64,000 bases of DNA. It comes from the human T2T-CHM13v2.0 reference genome, Homo sapiens. How positions within the stretch are numbered: position 1 is the first letter of the stretch; each line of letters begins with the position of its first letter. Positions 51,845 to 61,350 of this stretch are shown here, piece after piece. Location: the NCBI RefSeq assembly GCF_009914755.1, contig NC_060926.1, one strand, 5' to 3'. The position numbers and the translations under genes are program-made. Below the pieces are notes generated by a model, which saw only the letters and a list, made by a program, of their open reading frames with translations, was not told the origin of the DNA and ran no database searches.

Positions 51845-52335
51845 GCTTCCTGCTGTTACTCCATGGGTTTCTGATCCTGTTCTGTAGGTTTCTGCTGTTA
51901 CTCTGAGTTCCTGCTATTACTCTGTGGGTTCCTGCTGTTACTCTGTAGGCTCTGCTATTACACTATGGGTTCTGATGTTACTCTGTGAATTCCTGCTGTT
52001 ACTCTGTAGGCTCTGATGTTACACTGTGGGTCCTGTTTTTACTCTGTGGGTTCTGATATTACTCTATGGACTCTGATGTTACTCTGTGGGTTCCTGCTAT
52101 TTCTCTGTGTGTCCTGCTGTTACTCTCTGGGCTCTTGTGTTACTCTGTGGGTTCCGACATTACTCTGTGGGCTCTGCTGTTACTCTGTGGGTTCTGACGT
52201 TACTTTGTGGGCTCTGCTGTTACTCTGTGGGCTCTGATGTTACACTGTGGGTTCTGCTGTTACTCTGTGAATTCCTGCTGTTACTCTGTGGATCTCTCTG
52301 TGGTTACTCTCTGAATTCCTGCTCTTATTCTGTGG
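51845..52335. repeat. Degenerate 20-21 bp minisatellite, ~23 copies
   Basis: Unit CTG(C/A)TGTTACTCTGTGGG(T/C)T(C). Confidence 0.92.
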
Positions 52336-52532
52336 ACTTCTTTTGTTGCTTTGTGAGTTTCTGCAGTTAGTTTACCTCTTTACCATCCAGCCAGGAATTC
52401 TTTCACTAGGAATTGTGTGGATGCTGGCCAATTGGGCTAAATTTAATATTACTATGTCCCCTATTGTGGTGGTGGGGTCTTGGCTTGGCAATTTCTACTA
52501 GTATTCCATATGCAGTTAATCTTGACACATCA

Positions 52533-52597
52533 GTGAAAGAAAAATAAAATCTCAGGCCTCCAAACTTACTATGCCAAAGGGAAAAGTTAATATTGGC

Positions 52598-52636
<39 letters not shown>

Positions 52637-52978
52637 CCTTCTTTTTGTTCCCAAAAGCTTACTTTATCTTATGTGAAATGTAGATCTACTGAGTATGAGA
52701 CAGATGTATAACCCTCCCCCATACCTTTCTTTTCACATGTGAAATGTAGATTTGCTGTACTCTAATCAGAGCCTCACAAAAATGTGACCACTTGCCTCAT
52801 AGCCTACTCTCCCCTCTTTCCCCTCCTACCGGCGCTTTTCCCTGAAATATTTGGAAAAAAGTACAGGCCAAAAATCCTACTGTAACCTGTGTTTCTTTTT
52901 CCCCAGGCAAATCCACAATTTTGGCAAAATAAACCTCTATATCAGTTGTGATCTGCCTCAGACACTTTTTGGTTTACA
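52533..52978 (+). mobile_element. MER4-group ERV1 solo LTR (LTR54/MER4C-like) containing (CA)~18
   Basis: GTGAAAGAAAAATAAAATCTCAGG...TATGCCAAAGGGAAAAGTTAA...GGCAAAATAAACCTC...TTTGGTTTACA; (CA)n at 52599-52635. Confidence 0.75.
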
Positions 52979-53479
52979 CAACAATCCAATCATAGCGATT
53001 TATTTGGAAATATACCTTCACAAGTTAAATCAAACCACAGCACTACTGGGCATTATTTATAATGGCAAACTATTGCAAACAATCTAAAGCCCATCATAGA
53101 CATCATAGAAACTATTCTAATAAATTGATACATTTATATAATGGAATAATCCGCAACCTTGAAGGGAATGAAGGAAGGAATAAAGAGAGAGGGTAAGGAA
53201 GAAAAGAAAGGAGAGAGGGAAGGAGGGACAGACAGGTGTTTAAATTGGGGATGTGCAAGCAATATTGCCTGCTTCATTGCCTTCACATTATCTAAAAGCA
53301 TGTGGTCAAGAAACACTATTACAATAAGCACATCAGAAATAACTTCTAAAATTACTTTTCCAAAATATGAATCCATACTATACACTTCCTGTAATGTGCA
53401 CCAAATGTAGATGCACACATTTTAACAAGGAAAAGACTAATACTCATATTTGCTTGCTACACACCAGACACTGTTTTAA

Positions 53480-53575
53480 ATGTTTTGCACACGTTAACTC
53501 ATTTGTTCTTACAGAAATCCTGTAGCGTGCACCGCCACCTCCATGTTTCTAGGAGGAAACTGAGGCACGGGGGCT
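53480..53575 (-). mobile_element. MIR fragment
   Basis: TTAACTCATTTGTTCTTACAG...GAGGAAACTGAGGCACGG. Confidence 0.65.
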
Positions 53576-54309
53576 GCGGCTCCTGGACGCACCTGGCCTT
53601 CTCGGCCTGCCTCTCTCCCTCCAGCCGCCCCACATTCTTTTTTCCTAATTGGAAAAAACTATTCACGCTGCTCCTCCAGGGCATTTCAACCTTCTAGAAA
53701 GACTCGACAAGATTCGAAACTGTTTATAAAGAGAACGTGCTTGTGCCTGAATGCTGAGTGTGAGCGCGCAGTGATGCCCTAGAGTGCAGTCATCCCGGGC
53801 TTGGCGCCCAGCGGGTGGAAATACGGCCGCAGGGTGGAAATGCGGCGGCGGGGCTGCCCAGGCTCCTGTGGGACCCGCGCGGCGCGGGCACGCACATTCT
53901 CAGGGACGCGCGTCCTCAGGCCACGAGAACACCTGAAGGCCCCGGCCAGCGTCCTCCAGTGAAGACCCGGACCGGCGTCGTCACCCGCCGCGCAGGCCTA
54001 AATCTCAGGTCTTCACCGTCATCTCCCAGCGATCGCAGGGATCTCAGGCACTGACCGCGCCCGTCCCTGCGCGCCCCCGCGCCCCCGCGCCCCCGCGCCC
54101 CCGCGCCCCCACGCCCCCACGCCCCCACACCTCCACGCCCCGGCACTCTGGGCGCGCGCGGACGGCGGGGCAGTGCCTACTACGCAGGCGCACGCTGCGG
54201 GCGTCAGGACCCGGCAGCAACACTGCCACGCGAATCCGCGCCGGCCAATCAGCATGGCCAGGGGCGGGGCTTCCCTGAGGCGCGCCGAGAGGCGGTGGCC
54301 CACTTCCGG

Positions 54310-54419
54310 CAATAATCGCCTGGTCGCCGTCAGGTGCCGGCCCAGGTGGCAGGCGCGCCCGTTGGGCACTGGGGGACGCGGGCGCGTCAGGTGAAGACTG
54401 GGGGCTGCAGGCGCGCTAG
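54310..54419 (+). other. FBXO25: Probable non-coding exon 1 of FBXO25 (start approximate)
   Basis: Downstream of the promoter motifs; donor CTAG|GTAGGT at 54419/54420. Confidence 0.55.
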
Positions 54420-54806
54420 GTAGGTACGGGGTGCCGCGGGCGCGTCAGGTGAAGACTGGGCGCCGCAGGCGCCTTAGGTGAAGATTGGGGATCGCGGGCG
54501 CGTCAGGTGGGGACGATGGGCCACGGGCGAGTCAGGTGAAGACCGGGGGCGGCGGGCGCGTCAGGGGAAGACATGGGGTCGCGGGCGCGTCAGGTGGGGA
54601 CCGGGGGTCTCGGGCGCGTCAGGTGGGGACGGGGTTGTCGCGGGCGCGTCAGATGGGGACGGGATTGCCGCGTGCGCGTCTGCTGAGGTCTGGGTCCGCG
54701 GGCGCGTCAGGTAGGGACGATGGGCCGCGGGCGCGTCAGGTGGGGTCTGGGGGCGGCCGGCGGGTGTGGAGGGTTCATTCAGGGAGCTGCGGGCGAGTCA
54801 GGTGGG
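54378..54806. repeat. Degenerate ~29-bp tandem repeat, ~14 copies, across exon 1 / intron 1
   Basis: Core GCGGGCGCGTCAGGTG(AAGAC/GGGAC) recurring about every 29 bp. Confidence 0.88.
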
Positions 54807-55723
54807 CACGGGGGCCGCCCACAGGTGCATCGCGTGTCCTCAGCCGCTTCCCCTGCCCACCTTCTGCGACCCCTTCCCGCCCCCACCCTCCTGGGCCGTC
54901 TTGCAGGCCCGAGCTTGTGTCCGCCTCGCTGGGCAAGGTGTTTCGGGGACGACTCCTGCCGGCGTTTGCCCTCCGGGCTCGGCCCTTGCCTCTTCGCCGG
55001 TGGGCACCTGCTAGGTGTGACCCCTCATTCCTCCAGGCCACTCTGCCCCGTCTGCTGCTTACCTTTTTTTCCCTACTCCTGGTCTGTGGCTCTGGCTCTG
55101 TCTCTGTCTCCTCCCTTAATTTCTTTCCATGCTTATTTTTCTTGCAGCAGACACTAATTTTGCATCCTTCCCCTCACAGTAAGCTCAATTTGACCTTTTT
55201 CTCAATTAGATTCCACCTCTGTCCTTGGGTCTATTCAAACTCATTTTGAAGACTAAAGAATCTAGAGAACCATTTCTTCCCTTATGAAGCTGTCTCTTGC
55301 TGCCTCCAAATCCTTACCATCCGGCCCTAATCAAAAAAGACGTTTACTCTTTCATATTCTGTTTTCTCCTCGTCTTTACATGTTTACCTTTCCCATGAGG
55401 AATCTGTGATTATCTGTAAGTCCTTACAGTAAATCTTATTTCTGACTCTCAGCCCTCAGTGTGCCATTTTTTTAAATGTCCTTTCTGGATCAAATTTGTC
55501 CACACTTTTAAGCAAAACAAATAGGGAAACACATGTGGTCTTTTAAAATGGATTAGAGTTTTCTTTCCTGTCTTGTTTTCCTTGTTTTAGTGCCTTTATA
55601 TTTAGATTCATCATTACTTGAAATCATATTAGTGATCTGTAATAGACGGTAAAAAAAAAAGTTAAAAGGCTTATAATTTAATGGCATCTGTTTTAATAGG
55701 GTTTTCAGGAACTGCTATTATAA

Positions 55724-55960
55724 ACATAGTGGGTAGGAGCATGGATCCCGGAGTGAGACTCCATCATTTTGAATCCCAGCTCCACTGAACTCTTTGCCTC
55801 AGTGTCTTCATCTATAAAATAGATAATGAAACTTGTAAAACAAGAATAATGTTTTCTATCTTGGAGGACAGCATGAGGATTAAATGAGACAACATATGTA
55901 GATTGTTTAGAGTAATGCATAGCCTATAGTAAGCTCTAATAAATGTTTGCCATTATTATT
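55724..55960 (+). mobile_element. MIR, near full length
   Basis: TTTGAATCCCAGCTCCACT...GCCTCAGTGTCTTCATCTATAAAAT...GAGGATTAAATGAG...TAATAAATGTTTGCCATTATTATT. Confidence 0.85.
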
Positions 55961-57723
55961 GTAAAGAAAAAATATGCTTGTTGAAGGAAAGACTTTTTTT
56001 TTGTTCTGAGTCTCTCATGCCAAGAGTTTCCACCAGCAAATGAACTTCATGAAGTCATTTTCTACTGAAGTACCCCACCCACATGTCCTACCACATGAAA
56101 TAGAAATTAAGGGAAGATTTAAAATAGTTAATCATTGTAGGCTGTCTGAAATAAGTTGGCATAAAATGTGCTTAAAATTTGCAAATTATACAAGCTACAC
56201 CCTTTGAGTGCTTGCTCTTAAAAGTTTAATAATTTTCAGGAGTAATTTCTAGTTTTTTTTTGTATTTGCAAATCCCAAAATAAAGGTAATTTTAATTAAA
56301 ATAAGCGTACAAAGCTCTAGCAATTCACATTTTTTTAGCTGAACAAATACATTCCCATTAAAAGCCGTGGGTTGTCATCATTCTATAAAACTTTAGTAGC
56401 ATTGTTTTCTGATTTACAAACTCAGAAGCCTCAGTTTGGGAGTATTTTTGAAAACTTGAGATCCAGACCCCAGACCTTTTAAATTGCAACTTGTCTTTTT
56501 TTGTTGTTGTTGTTGTTTTTAATCTGCATCCAGAGTTTGTGCTTTAGTTCATGAGCTGTATAGATTATGCTTTAAGAAAAACTTCATTGTGATCCAAAGA
56601 GCATACCATAACAAATCTGTGAAGCACACACATCTTCAGAGAAACAAATCTTTTCCTCTGTGTTGAAAATAAGCCTTTGGGCATGGACTATTTTTTTATT
56701 TCCATGGCTGCATTTCACTCCTTTCAACCCTTAAAAAAATCAAACTTAGCAGCTGAGAAATTCAGACCAAACTATTCATTTCTCACTGAGTTGCCAAAAT
56801 GAATTAACTGTAGAGTTTAGGTAGTTGTAAAAGAATTGGTTATATTAATGGAAACAGTAGGCAGGCTCTTTATGTAAATGTTATAAAGATTGTTTGTGAA
56901 ACTAGAAGATAAGTGTATTAAATGATGAGTGGGCATAGTGTCTAAATAGGTAAGTACAATATTTGTGTGTCATCACGTTTTAAAATATTTTGTCAGCTGA
57001 GGATACCGGGATGTACATAGGACAGTCATCCAGATAAGGTTCTGTTGGCAAGATATTTGTTGCCTAGTTGTTTTTTTCTGTCTCCATGTTTTTCATTTGA
57101 TCTATCCTACAAGCCCTAGAAAATTATTATTCTCAAAACAACACTGCTCACACTGATCTGTTGCTGAAAAACGTTTAATTACTGACAGAATAAAGTCTAA
57201 ACACCTTTGATATTCTTTGATATTCTTCTATGACCTGGCTTCTAGTCACTTTTCCAGCTTATGTACCAGTCCTCTGATAAACTTTCTCCATTTTATCCAA
57301 TCTTTTCTGCTTATTTTTCTCAAACTGTGGCACACATTTTGACCTTTATACTTATGCACCCACCATTCCCATGATTGATATTTTTTGCCTTGCCTCTCTA
57401 TTCATTTAAGATCTAACCATGCTTTAGGGCCAAGATCAAGTCCTAGTTTCTCGTCAGAGCTTTCCCAGCTGATTTGCTTTCTGCTCAAATTAACTTTATT
57501 CTCTCTTTACCACAAGTTACAAGATTGTGGACATATGTGTATGTATGTATACATGCACACTCACATATCTACATGTAAACACACTTTATTATAGTACACT
57601 TGTATGGAATTTGTGTTTTGCTATTGTTCTTTTTTAGTTCCTTAGCTAAATTGCACACTTTTGAGGGCAGGAACACCTAGCATAATAACATGTAGTTGGT
57701 GCTCAAATGTTTGTCGTTGAAGT

Positions 57724-57826
57724 AATCCTGTATTTGTTAGCAGTAACAAATACAAATCCTGTCTTTGTTAGCAGTAACAAATACAAATCCTGTATTTGTT
57801 AGCAGTAACAAAATCTGTTAGCAGTA
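57724..57826. repeat. 31-bp palindromic tandem repeat, ~3 copies
   Basis: AATCCTGTATTTGTTAGCAGTAACAAATACA repeated. Confidence 0.93.
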
Positions 57827-58689
57827 TTTTTCAGGATTATCCACTTGATTTTTTTTTTAAATATATATTTCTGAATCCACAGTTTCAAGTTGATATTGAG
57901 AGATAATTTGATAATTATCAGAGATGTTCCTAGCAGCCATTTTCTGTTGAATGTGTTTTATGAGACTCAAGGTGCCACTTAAACAGTCATCTGCTACTTC
58001 ATGGTCTTTTCTGCCTTTGGTGGGAATGTTCTTGAAAATCATAAAATCAGCTGTATGCTATTAGAGACAGTTTTAGATAACTCTAGATCGACTGAACATG
58101 GGCATTGAGTTTTGCATTTTAAGATGTTCAGTAGTTGTGAAGCAGTTCTGTGAGACAAAGTTTATCAAAATTGTGCTGAAATTTAAGGAATAAAGTATTT
58201 TCTAAAGCAAGAATTTAAATTAATCATTATGTGACTGAAAAAGACATGTTCTGACTATAAGTCAGTTTAGCAAGGTTTGAGATTTTCTTCGTGTAAAGAA
58301 TAATTACTTCATCATACATTTCCTACACCAGTCAAGAGTTAAGCATTTGTGGTTGATCCAGGAATATTGTTGAAGTCTATGTAATTTCCTTCCTTTTTTT
58401 TTCTGTATCTTCTAGGATTGTATAAGTGCCCATTTAATAACTTGTTTTTTGTTAATTATACTAAATATAGTTGGGAGGTGGTGTTTGGAGATGTTCATCT
58501 CTCATTTATTCTCCATGATGTAAATATTCTACATTATTCTCTACGATATATTCTACATTATAAAATACTCAAGTCTGTTCGGGACGTGAAATTAAAGTAA
58601 CACATTACAGAAACCACTTTTACTTGAGTAATTCAGCTACCTTTCTGTAGCTAAATTCAACGTATATTTTCAACTCTTGCCATGCTTGG

Positions 58690-60350
58690 CGTTTTTATAA
58701 CATTTTCGTCTCTGTCGATCATTTCTTTCTTGAAATACATTTTTCTCCTGGCTTCCTACTTCTCCCTCTACCTTTTTGGCTCTTCCTTTTCAGTTTTTCT
58801 TCTTGGCTTATATCTGCTGGTCCCTTAAATGGTGATGTTTCTTAGGGTTTTTTTCTTGGCTCTCTTGATTTCCCTCTCGACATATTCTGTGATATTATTT
58901 GTGTGGTCTTGATTAGTATCTAAATGCTCATGATTTTCCTCTTTCTCTCTAGTCCAACTCTCTTCTGAACCATGGATCTATATATTTATTCATTCAGTAA
59001 ATAAATACTTATAGAGCTCCTGTTGTTTTCCTGGCATTGTTCAAGGTAATGGAATACGGACCTGAACAAGACATTGCATTTTCTTGGAGGAAAACAGATG
59101 ATAAACACGCTAATCATTTCAGACAGCCCTTACAACTATGAAGGCACTAGATAATGGCTTAGACTAGTAGGGATGGGGTTGAGGCAGCAGAACGGCACTG
59201 TTTGGACAGGGAGTCAGGGAGCCTTTCTGGGATGTGACATTTTGAATCAGCAGTGTGAACATCTGAGGTGGTTTTTAGCCTCATGCACAGTCTCACTGTG
59301 TATGAGAATCACCTGTGGACCTTTAAAAACTATTTAAACTTAGCCTTCACCCCCAAATATTCATATTTAACTCAACTAAAATGGGACTAAGCACTTGAAT
59401 GTTTAAAAACCTTCCTGTGATGTTATTGCACAGCAGTAGTTGAAAATCACTGATCAAGAGGAGCAGAAATCAAGTTAATGGGAAGAACTAGCATTTGAAG
59501 TCTCACTCTTATCAAATTGTGAGCTTCATGAAGTTAATCACGAAGTTGCATCATTTTTTAAGTCATAATTTTTATACCTGGAGTCTAGTATTTCAAACTG
59601 AACAGGCATGTCCGAAGCTGAAATTAATATCCCTTATCTCTCCTTTCCTAATAAAACCCTGCTGTTCCTTCTGTATGTCTTATCCCAGAACCAGGGGCTA
59701 CAAAACAAAATCTAGATAACTTCCTTGATTTCCTCCTCACGTTTCCAGCCAGTCTTCAAGTACTGTTTGACTCTGTTTCCTAAATGTTTCTGTAGTCTCT
59801 GCTCTTCTGTTTCTTTTGCCACTGTACACTCTCACCTTTTAAAAATCAACATTCAGAAGCCTCCAGTCCCAACTACTTTCCTGCAGGTGATCCTCACCCC
59901 ATACCTTCTCCCAGTGTGATACTGAGTTCTTTGTAAACCACAAATCTAATTGAATCACTTACCTGCTTACTTCCCTTTTTTGGCCCCTCATTGCCCTCAG
60001 AATAGCATCCAACTCCTCTGACTTGATCCAGCCTTAAATGACTTCTCCATCCTTAATTCTGGCCCACTCCCTCTCATCTATTCTAAGCTTCAACCAAACT
60101 GAACTACTTAGAGTTGCTGAACATGAATACATTTCATTTTTGGTTGCTCCTAACTTCTGGTAAAGAGAATACTTGTTTGGGATAATATTCCCTATTCCAC
60201 ACTCCCTGACCCCTGCTTGTTTTTCAGGTATGAGCTTGAATGTCACCTCTGGTAAACCTTTCGTGGGATATGCAGTATTAGGCCAGTAAAACCACGTTTA
60301 CTTACCCCATTTTATCACTTTAGTACAATCAAAGTACTGTGTTATTGTCA
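58690..60350. mobile_element. Cluster of L2 fragments (both orientations) with a MER5-like insert
   Basis: L2-like T-rich segments at 58700-58980 and 59590-60350; reverse L2 end ATTCATTCAGTAAATAAATACTTATAGAGC at ~58990; MER5-like GAGAATCACCTGTGGA...GTTGAAAATCACTG at ~59300-59450. Confidence 0.55.
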
Positions 60351-60508
60351 CTGTCACCAATGTCCAGCCAACATTTAATTAATGAGCAGACATTTAAATG
60401 TTAAGAACTTTAATCTTTAAAATTAATGAATAAATGTTCTAAGTGAAAAGAAACTTTTATGAATTATATATACTTTTTAACATAAATTAACTTTTTCATA
60501 GGAGAACT

Positions 60509-60642
60509 ATGCCATTTTTGGGTCAGGACTGGAGATCTCCTGGATGGAGTTGGATTAAGACAGAAGATGGCTGGAAGAATTGTGAATCTTGTAGTCAGAA
60601 ACTTGAAAGAGAGAATAACCATTGTAACATCAGTCACAGCAT
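60509..60642 (+). CDS. FBXO25: FBXO25 (F-box only protein 25) first coding exon; exon 60502-60642; gene continues beyond the window
   Basis: Acceptor TTTTTCATAG|GAGAACT ATG; translates [44 protein letters not shown]; donor AT|GTAAGT (phase 2). Matches the FBXO25/FBXO32 family N-terminus. Missed by the ORF track because it is short. Confidence 0.95.
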
Positions 60643-60959
60643 GTAAGTTACAGCTGAGCAGAACCATGCCATTTGCCAGTTTAGCATGTATGGCCTTACC
60701 TATTTTTCAAGTCCCTGCAAAGCTCCATAACTTTTGAGACTTGCCCACCCAGAAGGCTGGTGTGAAGAAACAAGTTATTTAGCTAAAAAATGAGGCTAGT
60801 AGATTGCCTAATATTCATACACAGATGCTTTTTTCTTTTTTTGTAATTTAAAACATTTAATCCTCACAATAATTGGGAGAGAGGTATTATTATTAATCCC
60901 ACATTATAGCTGAGGAACCTGAGGAAATTAAAATACACAGTTTTGGTGGCATGTATCAG

Positions 60960-61350
60960 AAATGTAATAATAGTGTCTTACACAAGACAAATCAGTTTTT
61001 CTCCCTTGAAAGCCTGAGTTGGCATGATGACTTTGCTCGTAACATTGTCAAGGGGCCAAGCACAGTCTGTCTTGTTGCTCTGCCATCCCAAGAGTGCAGC
61101 CTTACCTGCATGGTCCAAAACGGTGTATTACCTTCCACATTTGCACTCAGGCCGAAGGGTAGGTGGGGTTGGTGAGACACAACCTGTGTTTCAGTGGCAC
61201 AGCCCAAAAGTTACATGCATCACGTTGCCCACACCTTGTTGGCTAGAGCACTAGTGCAAGGGAGGCTGGGGGTTGTGGCCCAGCCGTGTGTCCAGATAAA
61301 AACCAGAGACTGCATGAGCACAGAACCAGGGTAGGTGGCTATCGTATGAT
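60960..61350 (-). mobile_element. Old MLT1-type LTR remnant
   Basis: TCTTGTTGCTCTGCCATCCC...GCATGGTCCAAAA...GTGCAAGGGAGGCTGGG pattern typical of reverse MLT1J/K. Confidence 0.55.

Larger units (their letters stand above)
53760..55005 (+). promoter_or_regulatory. FBXO25: CpG-island, TATA-less promoter of FBXO25
   Basis: Dense CpG; NRF1-like TACGCAGGCGCA 54181-54192; CCAAT 54245-54249; GC box GGGGCGGGGC 54261-54270; ETS/GABP CACTTCCGG 54301-54309. About 6.2 kb upstream of the ATG exon. Confidence 0.88.

Noticed and set aside
54485-55249. 254 aa Gly/Arg-rich ORF
   Set aside because: Read-through of the CpG-island repeat in intron 1, with a non-ATG start.
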